From Anaerolineae bacterium (GTDB lineage Bacteria > Chloroflexota > Anaerolineae > B4-G1 > SLSP01), in contig JAXDDP010000157.1 of assembly GCA_034676785.1 (NCBI GenBank), positions 25,920 through 89,919 of the forward strand: a stretch of DNA of 64,000 bases, in the 5' to 3' direction. Both the position numbers and the translations under genes were made by a program. Below, in pieces: positions 37,209-46,452 of this stretch (the stretch's first letter is position 1; every line of letters starts with the position of its first letter). The notes below the pieces were generated by a model. That model ran no database searches. It had not been told where the DNA came from and saw only the letters and a list, made by a program, of their open reading frames with translations.

Positions 37209-39470
37209 TCAACGAGACCGGCTCGGGCCTTTTAGAACATCCTGATCCGGAACAGGATCAGGCGTGCGCAGCCGTACTGCAGGATCACCAACCACGATGT
37301 AGCCGCGAGCGTCGTTGCTAGCCGTCCACAACTCAGCCAGGCGGTATGCATCTTCACGCGAAGGTGGATCGGCAAGCCGGTCGTAAAGATAGGTTAACTC
37401 GGTTGCGATTGCGGCGTGGCGCATATTGAAGAAATCGAGCGCCGCGCCCACCGGCTGGCCATCCAGCAGCCTCTCGATGGCGCTCGCATAGACCTCAATG
37501 TGTTCGCGTTTCCGGCTCTGCATGCCCTCGGGACGGTACATCGCCTCTGATAGAAAAGACAGACCCCAGAGCCGCTCGACGTGGCTGATCACTGCTAGGG
37601 CGCCTCGCTCCTTGAGAGCCAGCATCGCCTTGGGCAGTGCAGCAACGAACGGAGTAGCAGCAATCGGCGTAGCGCGTTGGCGGTACTCGGCGCGATGGTA
37701 GTCATCCGTCTGTGGTGTGCCTGCCCCATAGCATGCAAACAGGAACAGGATTGTGCCACGCAGGTTCACGCCCTCTGTAATATCTGCCGCTGATAGATAC
37801 GTATTGGGCGGTACTGTGCCACGCCTCGCTGGCCAGTTCTGGCACAATAGCGCGCCCTGCAAGTCACTTTGGCGTGGGTCGTCCGCGGGAAACTCCAAAC
37901 CGTGCGTCGCGGTGAACACCAATGCAGGCGCCGGAGTAAGTTGTAGGATTTTGAGGAGATTGCTCTTGGTCGTCTTCTCTGGCGCTATCCGGATGATCTG
38001 CCAGGGCGATCCCAACGTCCTGGCTCGAAAGTGCTGAGCCAACGGCGCAACCAGATGGTTGGAAGAAAGGCCTGTTGCCACGTCCCCGGGATGCTCGGTT
38101 CCAAAGAACACGAGCTGCGATCCCGCCTGGTCGGGATGCTCTTCGGCTGAAACCACATTGAGTGCATAGTTGTGGTATGCCTCGAGATCGTCACTGAAAT
38201 CGAGCCGCCCTGCAGCGTATTGCACATCCAGCTGGTACTGGAATTCAAACGGGATCTCTTCCGGACTTCCAACAATCAGCAAATAGTAGGGTACCCCGGT
38301 GCCTTTAGGGTCTGCTGGGTTGGCAGCGTCGGCATTGCGCGGTGGCCGCCGCAGGAAAGTGCTAGCAGTGTCTCCAGGACGAAAGCCATGACGGCCTGCA
38401 TAGAGCTTGTACAGGGAACCCGACTGCTGCTGTCGGCGGTTCAAGAGAGGAGCCAGTGCCTTGAGGATCGCCTGACAGCGGTCTTCAGCCATCGCTGCGG
38501 GGAAGATGACACCCCACCCGGACTCCTCCAACTTCCGAGGGTCGACCCAGGGCACCGTACCCATCTGCCCGGTGGCACTGCGCCGCAGTTCATCCAGCCA
38601 GCCACGCATCGCTTCGTGAACATCCTGTGCACGCAGTGGCTGCCGCACACGCCGCAGAGCAACCAAGACGCCGCGCAGCCCTGCCACGATCTCGTGCCAG
38701 GAATCGAATGTGCCCGCCACTGACAGAGCCTGGAGACGCTGCCGAGCTTCCGACATTCGCCCCCCGCCACGAAGTCCAGGTAGAGTTCCCAAGCCGTGAA
38801 CTAACGCTCGGAGGGGCGCCGTGATCACATCGACACCGGGCAGAACCTTCAACGAATCCAGGGGAAGCTCGTCCAGGGCTCGGCAAAACCCTTCGATCCA
38901 GGGCGATCGCAGAATGCTCTGTGCATCGACCGCCTGTGTCCCCTCACTGGACAGATACGTCCTCCGCAACACAACCAGTGCCTGGTCGAAACGTGATTCG
39001 AGAGTCGCGCGCAGGACCGAGGGATCTTCGTTTGTCTGATCGAACAACCATTGCGCCAGCGTACTGCCTTGACTCGAGGTGAGCGACTTCGCAATGCGAG
39101 TGAATGTCTCGACGGGCTCCTGCTGAAGCCTATCAGCGAGGATCTGGATATCTCCAGGAAGTGGCTGCGACTTCCCACCGAACAGAACAGTCAGGAGCTT
39201 TCGCGCCGACTCGCTATACCAGGTGTCGGGCGCTTGCCCGCCGGCCCTGAGAAAGCTCAGAATGTCCTTAACCAGAAACTCCACCATGGCCAGCACCTTG
39301 CGCTCGCCAGCAGCCCGGTGGCTAAGCTCGCGCTGGAGTTCTCGGAGCTGGCGCACGGCGCTGTAGCGATCGGCGAGGACGCGTTCAGTCAAAGCTTCAG
39401 CCGTCGCCGGCTGTAGCCCATACCCGCCCGTCGCACCGTTGATGCCGCTGAAGTAGAGTTTCTCGGTCAC
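37209..39470 (-). CDS. Clan CD (gingipain C25 / caspase-fold) cysteine-protease-like protein A with an about 300-aa helical N-terminal region
   Basis: A paralog of protein B. PYYLLIVGSPEEIPFEFQYQLDV. ALVFTATHG (His codon 37902..37904). ILFLFACYGAGTP (Cys codon 37731..37733). YIVVGDPAVRL. GTG start at 39470. No signal peptide. Confidence 0.85.
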   Translation of the reverse strand: MTEKLYFSGINGATGGYGLQPATAEALTERVLADRYSAVRQLRELQRELSHRAAGERKVLAMVEFLVKDILSFLRAGGQAPDTWYSESARKLLTVLFGGKSQPLPGDIQILADRLQQEPVETFTRIAKSLTSSQGSTLAQWLFDQTNEDPSVLRATLESRFDQALVVLRRTYLSSEGTQAVDAQSILRSPWIEGFCRALDELPLDSLKVLPGVDVITAPLRALVHGLGTLPGLRGGGRMSEARQRLQALSVAGTFDSWHEIVAGLRGVLVALRRVRQPLRAQDVHEAMRGWLDELRRSATGQMGTVPWVDPRKLEESGWGVIFPAAMAEDRCQAILKALAPLLNRRQQQSGSLYKLYAGRHGFRPGDTASTFLRRPPRNADAANPADPKGTGVPYYLLIVGSPEEIPFEFQYQLDVQYAAGRLDFSDDLEAYHNYALNVVSAEEHPDQAGSQLVFFGTEHPGDVATGLSSNHLVAPLAQHFRARTLGSPWQIIRIAPEKTTKSNLLKILQLTPAPALVFTATHGLEFPADDPRQSDLQGALLCQNWPARRGTVPPNTYLSAADITEGVNLRGTILFLFACYGAGTPQTDDYHRAEYRQRATPIAATPFVAALPKAMLALKERGALAVISHVERLWGLSFLSEAMYRPEGMQSRKREHIEVYASAIERLLDGQPVGAALDFFNMRHAAIATELTYLYDRLADPPSREDAYRLAELWTASNDARGYIVVGDPAVRLRTPDPVPDQDVLKGPSRSR

Positions 39471-39590
39471 GACCTTGTTGTCGCCTCACATCTTACAGCA
39501 CCGGGCCGTCCAACTTCATCGACCACAGAACGATGACATCACCCGAGCAGGATTCTCGGGACGCCCCGTCGCTACACCAGAACCGTTTGC

Positions 39591-39619
39591 AGTATAGCAC
39601 ACCAACCGAGTCACCGCAA
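39591..39619 (-). promoter_or_regulatory. Candidate promoter of the protease operon (TTGCGG-17 nt-TGcTATACT extended -10)
   Basis: On the minus strand, TTGCGG is at 39619..39614 and TATACT at 39596..39591, preceded by TGc. This predicts an about 115-nt 5' UTR containing a small hairpin (CCCGAG/CTCGGG, 39542..39560). Confidence 0.4.
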
Positions 39620-39692
39620 CGTACAATGCGCGAGGAGTGCGTTGCATGAACGCTACAGTTACGAGACCGTTACACGTCAGCTGGTGCGCATG

Positions 39693-39720
39693 TTGTCGTA
39701 GGCCCACTACGGCCTAGAAT
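39693..39720 (+). promoter_or_regulatory. Candidate glgX promoter (TTGTCG-16 nt-TAGAAT)
   Basis: Motif match in the divergent intergenic region. It is consistent with translation starting at 39761 rather than 39719. Confidence 0.3.
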
Positions 39721-39760
39721 GGGTGCATTCGCGACACCAACTCATACAGAGGTCACTGGC

Positions 39761-41851
39761 ATGAAGCCTGAATGCGGGCCCGGACGCAGCTACCCACTCG
39801 GTGCCACCGTCTATCCATCGGGCACCAACTTCAGTTTGTTTTCGAAGAGCGCCAGCGCTGTCGAACTCCTGCTTTTCGACGATCCAGACGACGCTCTTCC
39901 ACAACGGTTACTCTCCCTGGATCCTTATCAGTGTCGCACCTACTACTACTGGCACACCTTCGTACCTGGCATCGGGCACGGGCAGCTCTATGGCTACCGC
40001 GTCCGGGGGCCACACGATCCCGAGCGCGGACTCAGGTTCGATGGAGAGAAACTTCTCGTTGATCCCTACGCACGCGCCGTAGCGCCAAGCAGTCGTTTCA
40101 GTCGTGACGCCGCGCGCCTGCCTGGCAACAAATGCGGAGCCGGCATCAAGAGCGTGGTCGTCGATCCGACCCTCTACAACTGGGAACTCGACACCCAATT
40201 GGATCGACCCTATGCCAGCACCATCATCTACGAAATGCACATCCGCGGCCTTACCCAGCACCCCAGCTCCGGCGTGCCAGCGAAGAGGCAGGGAACCTAT
40301 CTCGGCGTGATCGACAAGATTCCCTATTTGAAGAGTCTGGGGATTACGGCAGTCGAGTTGTTGCCAATACAGCATTTCGACGAGCAAGATGCACCGGGCG
40401 GCTTGACCAACTACTGGGGCTACAGCCCCATCGCTTTCTTCGCCCCTCACCAGGGGTACAGCAACGGTCGCGGACCGCTCGCCGCCATCGATGAGTTTCG
40501 CGATATGGTCAAGGCCTTGCATCGTTCAGGCATCGAAGTCATCCTTGACGTCGTCTTCAACCATACAGCAGAAGGAGGCGCCGACGGGCCAACCTACTCA
40601 CTGCGGGGGCTGGAAAACCGCGCCTACTATCTCTTTGAAGGTAATGATGTCGGTGCAGACTACGCCAACTACAGTGGCACCGGCAACACTATCGACGCGA
40701 ATCACTCCATTGTGCGACGCATGATTATGGATTGTCTGCGGTACTGGGTATCGGAGATGCATGTGGACGGCTTCCGTTTCGACCTCGCTTCGGTGATGGC
40801 GCGGGACCAGAATGGCGAGCCGATGGATAACCCCCCGATCCTCTGGGAGATCGAGTCTGACCCTGTTCTTGCAGGCACCAAGATTATTGCCGAGGCCTGG
40901 GATGCTGCCGGCCTCTACCAGGTAGGATCTTTCATCGGTCATCGATGGGCGGAGTGGAACGGAGAGTTCAGGGACGACGTGCGGAGGTTCGTCCGGGGTG
41001 ACCTGGGCGTGGTCAGAAAGGTATCCGCCCGCATCAACGGTAGCCCTGACCTGTATACGCAACCCGACCGCGAGCCAAACCGCAGCATCAACTTCATCAC
41101 ATCCCACGACGGATTCACACTCAACGATCTGGTCAGCTACAACGTAAAGCACAATGACGCCAACCTGGAACAGAACAGAGATGGTGGGACACCAAACAAC
41201 AGCTGGAACCATGGCGTTGAAGGTCCGACGAATGACCCTTATGTTGAGGCTCTGCGGCAGCGTCAGATGCGTAACCTGCTGACAATCTTGTTCGTCTCTC
41301 AGGGCACGCCTATGATCTTGATGGGCGATGAGGTGCGCCGGACGCAAGGAGGGAACAACAACGCCTACTGCCAGGACAACGCGGTCAGTTGGTTCGACTG
41401 GAGCGCCGTCGAAAAGCAAGCGGACCTATTGCGCTTTGTGCGGCTGATCATCGATATCACGCAAGACCTGGCTATCTTCCGCAAGGAGCGGTTTTGGCTT
41501 CCCCCTGACCACCACGACTCACCGTCAATCACATGGCATGGCGTGCTCCTCTATGAGCCTGACTGGAGCTACTATTCGCACACGCTGGCTTTCGAGGTGC
41601 GCTCAGTGACCGACAATGAGCATGTTCACGTCATACTGAACGCCTACAAGGAGCCACTGGAGTTTGAGATCCCTGACCCACGCCTCGACTGGAACGTGCC
41701 GGCACAGTGGGTACGCATCATCGACACAGCATGGGCTCCGCCCGATGATATCCGGCTACCAGCCGAGGCGCCGACGATCGACTCTCGATCGTACACGGTC
41801 CAGCCACGCTCTGCAGTAATGCTCTTGGCACGGCCCCTTAACCTTGTCTAA
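39761..41851 (+). CDS. glgX: Glycogen debranching enzyme (isoamylase-type, GH13)
   Basis: The N-terminal YPLGATV (CBM48), then GH13 blocks ILDVVFNHT, GFRFDLASV, IAEAWD and FITSHDGFTL. Start chosen at MKPECGPGRSYPLGA (39761). Confidence 0.92.
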   Translation: MKPECGPGRSYPLGATVYPSGTNFSLFSKSASAVELLLFDDPDDALPQRLLSLDPYQCRTYYYWHTFVPGIGHGQLYGYRVRGPHDPERGLRFDGEKLLVDPYARAVAPSSRFSRDAARLPGNKCGAGIKSVVVDPTLYNWELDTQLDRPYASTIIYEMHIRGLTQHPSSGVPAKRQGTYLGVIDKIPYLKSLGITAVELLPIQHFDEQDAPGGLTNYWGYSPIAFFAPHQGYSNGRGPLAAIDEFRDMVKALHRSGIEVILDVVFNHTAEGGADGPTYSLRGLENRAYYLFEGNDVGADYANYSGTGNTIDANHSIVRRMIMDCLRYWVSEMHVDGFRFDLASVMARDQNGEPMDNPPILWEIESDPVLAGTKIIAEAWDAAGLYQVGSFIGHRWAEWNGEFRDDVRRFVRGDLGVVRKVSARINGSPDLYTQPDREPNRSINFITSHDGFTLNDLVSYNVKHNDANLEQNRDGGTPNNSWNHGVEGPTNDPYVEALRQRQMRNLLTILFVSQGTPMILMGDEVRRTQGGNNNAYCQDNAVSWFDWSAVEKQADLLRFVRLIIDITQDLAIFRKERFWLPPDHHDSPSITWHGVLLYEPDWSYYSHTLAFEVRSVTDNEHVHVILNAYKEPLEFEIPDPRLDWNVPAQWVRIIDTAWAPPDDIRLPAEAPTIDSRSYTVQPRSAVMLLARPLNLV

Positions 41852-41872
41852 TCACCTCGGTTATGCTATAAT
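41844..41872 (+). promoter_or_regulatory. Candidate promoter upstream of nusA (TTGTCT-17 nt-TGcTATAAT)
   Basis: TTGTCT at 41844..41849 overlaps the glgX stop. The extended -10 TGCTATAAT ends at 41872. Motif match only. Confidence 0.35.
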
Positions 41873-41900
41873 CTCTTTAGCTGCAGGATGGTGGTCACTG

Positions 41901-41931
41901 AAAAGTGGGGCGAGCCCCCACTTTTCTTCTT
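41901..41931 (+). terminator. Intrinsic terminator: either the glgX terminator or a leader attenuator of nusA
   Basis: AAAAGTGGGG (41901..41910) pairs with CCCCACTTTT (41916..41925) around a 5-nt loop, followed by CTTCTT. It lies between the candidate promoter and the nusA RBS. Confidence 0.65.
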
Positions 41932-41968
41932 AGATGCTATTGGGGGGAATAGGGAGGCAGTTGCCTAG

Positions 41969-43993
41969 ATGAAGAGCGAGTTCGCCCTGGCTTTCAACCA
42001 GATCTGTGCAGAATACAGCTTGCCAAGAGAGGTCGTGCTTGACGCCGTCTGTGCTGCCTTGGCGACCGCGTACCGGCGTGACTGGAAGGTTCCTGCTACA
42101 CAGAACGTGTCTGCAGACATCAATCTGGAGACCGGATTGGCGCGCATCTATGTGGAGCGCACGGTCACAGAGACTGTCGAAGACGAGCAAATCGAGATCT
42201 CCCTCAAGGAAGCTCGGCGTAAGAAGGCCGATGCGCTGGTGGGTGATCTGATGATGATCGACGTCACCCCCCATGACTTCGGTCGGATCGCGGCACAGAC
42301 AGCCAAGCAGGTCATCACACAGCGGTTGCGCGAGGCCGAACGCGAGAGCCAGTTCAACCGTTTCAGCCGCCAGGAGAACGAAATCATCATCGGTACCGTG
42401 CAATCGGTCTCGCCTCACGGGGTGACGCTACACCTCGAACGGACCGAGGAAGCCACGATGCCGAAGCGTGAGCAGATCCCTGGCGAGCGCTATGTCATTC
42501 ATCAGAAGATCCGCGTCTACGTTTTGGAGGTTCGCCGGACCTCACGCGGCCCCGAGATCATCGTGAGCCGAAGCCATCCACTTATGCTCCGTCGGCTGCT
42601 TGAGCTTGAGGTCCCCGAGGTACGCAGTGGTCAGGTCGAGATCCATGCCGTAGCCCGAGAAGCGGGCACGCGAGCTAAGGTGGCAGTCTCCGCGCGCCAG
42701 GCGGGCATCGACCCTGTGGGAGCCTGCGTAGGCATGCGGGGCATCCGCATCCAGACAATCTCGCGCGAACTCCAGGGTGAGCGCATCGATGTCGTCGAAT
42801 GGAGCAACGATCCAGAGACACTCATCACCAATGCACTCAGTCTGCCAAGCGTGATGTGTGTCACAGTCGACGAGAACAATCCGGGCGGCAGAACTGCTTC
42901 GGTCGTCGTGATGGACGATCAGCTATCGCTCGCCATTGGCCGTTCCGGGCAGAATGCCCGCCTGGCGGCAAAGTTGACGAACTGGCGCATTGACATTCAG
43001 GGAGGCACCGAGGCCGCTATTTGGGCACTCGATCAGGTCAACCAGACACCTGAGCTGCTCGATGCCCTCAGAAGTACCGCTGCGCTTTTGCCACGATTGG
43101 CGACCCTCGTGCGGATGCACGAGGAAGAGCGCTATCCCTACACTGACGAGGAACGCAACACCATCTCGACGGTGGTCAAGGCAGTGCGACAGGCCATCAT
43201 CGCTCGCCGAGAAGCAGAACGCCCCGGATCAGTGCAGGCGCGCGCACGCCAGCGTGAACAACGCAGGGCTGACGCAGACCGCGTCAAGGCGAAGGAAGAA
43301 GCGTACGCTCGGGTTCCCAAGAAGGCTTACGAGATGTCGCTGGTCGATCTCGGGCTTTCGAGCAAAGTCCATGCCAATCTCGTCACCGGTGGCTTACAGA
43401 ACGTCGGTGAGGTGATGGAGCGCATGGCGGTCGGCGACGAGGCGCTACTAATGCTTAACGGCGTAGGCGTCAAAGCGCTTCAGGAGATTAAGCAAGCCGT
43501 CCAGGACAGCGGATTGAGCCTGCTTGAGCCCGTGGACTTGCCGGTCGCTGACGAAGGTGATGAGCTCGAGGCCATCGAGGAAGCGCCTGAACTTGAGGGC
43601 GCCGAGGATGTCGGCACCGCGGAACCCGTCGTTCCCGAGGCCATAGAGGCCGAGATGACCCCTGAGGCCACCGCGGAACCCGAGACTGCGGCAGGCGCCG
43701 AAGCTGCGCCTTCAGTGGTTGAGGAGACTCCCGTTGCGGTTGCACCTGAATCACCTGAACCGCAGGCAGAGGGAGAGCCGGCTCTGGGCATCGTGGTGCC
43801 CGCTGAGGCCATTGTCTTCGACGAGGCCGAGGAACCGGAATTGGAGGAGCCTGGCCAGGATCAGAAACGGGGCAAGGGACGGAAACGCCGGCGCACCGTG
43901 GTGTTCGACGATACCACTGGCGAGACATTCGTTGTCCGCAAGCGCCGTGGTCGTACCACCGAGGGTTGGGACGAGTATAGCGAGGACTTTTAG
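41969..43993 (+). CDS. nusA: Transcription termination/antitermination factor NusA with a long acidic C-terminal extension and basic tail
   Basis: The NusA N-terminal domain, S1 domain (IIGTVQSVSPHGVTLHL) and KH1/KH2 domains (GACVGMRGIRIQTISREL, AIGRSGQNARLAAKLTNWRIDI) are all present. An HhH-like region follows. Then come about 150 aa rich in E/A/P and a KRGKGRKRRR...VRKRRGR tail. Confidence 0.94.
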   Translation: MKSEFALAFNQICAEYSLPREVVLDAVCAALATAYRRDWKVPATQNVSADINLETGLARIYVERTVTETVEDEQIEISLKEARRKKADALVGDLMMIDVTPHDFGRIAAQTAKQVITQRLREAERESQFNRFSRQENEIIIGTVQSVSPHGVTLHLERTEEATMPKREQIPGERYVIHQKIRVYVLEVRRTSRGPEIIVSRSHPLMLRRLLELEVPEVRSGQVEIHAVAREAGTRAKVAVSARQAGIDPVGACVGMRGIRIQTISRELQGERIDVVEWSNDPETLITNALSLPSVMCVTVDENNPGGRTASVVVMDDQLSLAIGRSGQNARLAAKLTNWRIDIQGGTEAAIWALDQVNQTPELLDALRSTAALLPRLATLVRMHEEERYPYTDEERNTISTVVKAVRQAIIARREAERPGSVQARARQREQRRADADRVKAKEEAYARVPKKAYEMSLVDLGLSSKVHANLVTGGLQNVGEVMERMAVGDEALLMLNGVGVKALQEIKQAVQDSGLSLLEPVDLPVADEGDELEAIEEAPELEGAEDVGTAEPVVPEAIEAEMTPEATAEPETAAGAEAAPSVVEETPVAVAPESPEPQAEGEPALGIVVPAEAIVFDEAEEPELEEPGQDQKRGKGRKRRRTVVFDDTTGETFVVRKRRGRTTEGWDEYSEDF

Positions 43994-44214
43994 CCAAGTC
44001 GGGCACAGAAGCATGATCCTTTGGGTGGACCCAGTCGCCAAACCCGGCAGGTTGCCGGGGTACGAACTGCAATGCTGAGACGTCTGCGACAACAATAGAG
44101 CAGGTATCGCAGGCTTTCTGGCCTTGGATGATGGGACGCCAAAGGAGTATTGGTGTCCCATTTTCGTGGTTGAGTCAGCGCCGGCCCACAGGCTGTCTGG
44201 GGAGTATCAGGAGT

Positions 44215-44535
44215 ATGGCCAAGAACAAGCAGAGGCCGAGACAGAAGCACGTCCCGCAGCGAACCTGCGTGGCATGCCGGGAGACCCGGGATAAGCGCCA
44301 TCTTGTGCGCGTCGTGCTCTTGGCTGAAGGTGGCATCGCTGTAGACGAGACCGGCAAGCGCAACGGTCGTGGCGCCTATCTATGTCGCAACTATGCGTGT
44401 TGGGAGCAAGCGCTCAAGCGTGGCGTGCTGAATCGCGCTCTGCGCGTCGAGCTCCGACCCGAGGATGTAGCCGCCTTGGAGACGTTCGCTCGGTCTCTGG
44501 TGGAACTTGCGACGGAGGATGAGACATCGACGTGA
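44215..44535 (+). CDS. ylxR: YlxR/DUF448 family RNA-binding protein
   Basis: PQRTCVACRETRDKRHLVRVV...GRGAYLC matches the YlxR motif. Its position between nusA and infB is the conserved one. Start chosen at MAKNKQ (44215). Confidence 0.85.
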   Translation: MAKNKQRPRQKHVPQRTCVACRETRDKRHLVRVVLLAEGGIAVDETGKRNGRGAYLCRNYACWEQALKRGVLNRALRVELRPEDVAALETFARSLVELATEDETST

Positions 44536-44577
44536 TTGTGGTCTTGCCTGTGAGAGACTGATAGAGGAGGAACGCGT

Positions 44578-46359
44578 ATGACGGAGAAAGAAATCACAAT
44601 CCCAGAAATTGTTACGGTCCGCGACCTGGCGGATCTGCTGGGTGAAACCCCGATCAAGGTCATCAAGATCCTGATGAGCAACGGCGTGTTGGCAAGCATC
44701 AACCAACAGGTCGACTTCGATACTGCTTCCATCATTGCTGCAGAGTTCGGTTTTGAGGTAAAGCAGCCGTTTGCCGAGATGGAAGAGGAGACGAAGACAG
44801 AACTCTCGGCGTGGCAGATACTGCTCGCCAATGAGGATCCTCAAGATCTCAAGAGCCGTCCTCCTGTTGTCACCGTACTCGGCCATGTTGACCACGGCAA
44901 GACATCCCTGCTGGATGCCATTCGCCATACTGACGTTGCAGGCGGAGAAAGTGGTGGCATCACCCAACACATCGGTGCCTACCAGATCAAGCACGGAACG
45001 CGGCGCATCACATTCCTGGATACACCAGGTCACGAAGCATTCACAGCTATGCGCGCGCGCGGAGCCAATACCACCGACATCGCGGTCCTCGTCGTAGCTG
45101 CAGATGATGGTGTGCAGCCCCAGACCGTCGAGGCGATTAACCACGCCAGGGCAGCCCATGTCCCGATCATCGTGGCCCTGAACAAAATCGACAGACCGAA
45201 CGCGCGCCCAGAGGTTGTCATGCGACAGCTCTCCGATCTGGGTCTGACACCCGATGAATGGGGTGGCAGCACAATGATCATTCCGGTGTCAGCCAAGATG
45301 AAGACCGGTCTGGAGGATCTTCTGGAGGCCATCGTTCTGGTAGCCGATGAGATCAACGTACAGGCCAACCCGGATCGTCCAGCGGTGGGCACAGTCCTTG
45401 AGGGCCGGTTGGACAAGCGCCGCGGCCCGTTGGCGACCGTCCTTGTACAGAACGGCACGCTCGACACAGGCGATGTGGTCGTAGTAGGAAAGACGTGGGG
45501 CAAGATCCGCGCCCTCGAAGATGAGAACAGCGCGCGCCACAGAACGGCCCCTCCGGCAACCCCGACTCTGGTCATCGGCCTGCACGATATACCCGATGCC
45601 GGCGACATCTTAGAGGTCGTCGGTGATGAGCGCACAGCTCGAGCAATCGCTGAAAAGCGCACCGAGGAAGCCAAACAGCAAGAGCTATCGCGCCCCAGCC
45701 GCCCGCTTTCGCTCGATGATTTCTCGTCAGCCATCCGGGCGGGTCAGGCCCAAGAACTGAGCGTCGTCCTGAAAACGGATGTCCAGGGCTCCATCGAGCC
45801 TATCGTGACCAGCATCAACCGGCTGAGCACTGACGATATCAAGGTCAACGTCATTCACGCGGCAGCTGGCAACATCTCAGAATCAGATATGAACCTGGCC
45901 CTTGCCTCGGACGCCATCGTTCTGGGCTTCCGCGTCCTGGCCGATGCTACCGCACAGCGCATGGCTGATATGGAAGGGATGGAGATCCATATCTACGAGA
46001 TCATCTACCGCCTCGTCGATGATGTCGAGAAGGCACTCAAGGGTATGCTCGAACCTACCTACACCGAAGTCGCCATAGGTGAGGCCGATGTGCGCCAGAT
46101 CTTCGACATATCAAGTCTCGGCAAAATCGCTGGGTGCTATGTTACCCAGGGGGTGGTTCGGCGCAACGCCAAGGTGCGCGTGCTTCGCAATGAGTCGGTC
46201 CTCTACGACGGAACGATTGACTCGCTCAAGCGCTTCACCGAGGATGTCCGTGAAGTGCGCCAGAATTTCGAGTGCGGTATCAAGGTACAAGGCTTCGATA
46301 GTGTAGCAGTAGGCGACCGGCTGCAGTTCTACGTCATGCGGCGCGTCGAGCAGGAGTAA
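44578..46359 (+). CDS. infB: Translation initiation factor IF-2
   Basis: GTPase motifs [20 protein letters not shown] and NKID are present, followed by IF-2 domains II-IV. GAGGAGG lies upstream. Confidence 0.95.
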   Translation: MTEKEITIPEIVTVRDLADLLGETPIKVIKILMSNGVLASINQQVDFDTASIIAAEFGFEVKQPFAEMEEETKTELSAWQILLANEDPQDLKSRPPVVTVLGHVDHGKTSLLDAIRHTDVAGGESGGITQHIGAYQIKHGTRRITFLDTPGHEAFTAMRARGANTTDIAVLVVAADDGVQPQTVEAINHARAAHVPIIVALNKIDRPNARPEVVMRQLSDLGLTPDEWGGSTMIIPVSAKMKTGLEDLLEAIVLVADEINVQANPDRPAVGTVLEGRLDKRRGPLATVLVQNGTLDTGDVVVVGKTWGKIRALEDENSARHRTAPPATPTLVIGLHDIPDAGDILEVVGDERTARAIAEKRTEEAKQQELSRPSRPLSLDDFSSAIRAGQAQELSVVLKTDVQGSIEPIVTSINRLSTDDIKVNVIHAAAGNISESDMNLALASDAIVLGFRVLADATAQRMADMEGMEIHIYEIIYRLVDDVEKALKGMLEPTYTEVAIGEADVRQIFDISSLGKIAGCYVTQGVVRRNAKVRVLRNESVLYDGTIDSLKRFTEDVREVRQNFECGIKVQGFDSVAVGDRLQFYVMRRVEQE

Positions 46360-46452
46360 ACACGGAGCGCCATCGTACACGGGGTTTGGCAAGCGCTCGA
46401 GCGACGCATCAATCCAGTGTTGCGCTTGCCAGACTGCGTGAGGAGAAGGGAC

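Noticed and set aside
35035-37245. Two long plus-strand ORFs (420 aa and 307 aa) antisense to protease-like protein B.
   Set aside because: The minus-strand frame has a paralog (protein A) with conserved blocks. This is strong evidence that the minus frame is the coding one. The plus-strand ORFs are Arg-rich shadow frames.
33560-39720. The protease operon as a mobile genomic island.
   Set aside because: There is no integrase, transposase, recombinase, tRNA gene or flanking direct or inverted repeats. Base composition does not look different from the flanks by eye, though this was not computed. It is treated as a chromosomal accessory operon, not a mobile element.
40598-41419. A 273-aa ORF antisense to glgX. 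Similar antisense ORFs lie inside the GT39 gene (for example 15624..16538 and 16483..17160).
   Set aside because: They lie opposite genes with unambiguous family motifs and have no independent signals. They are a GC-rich frame artefact.
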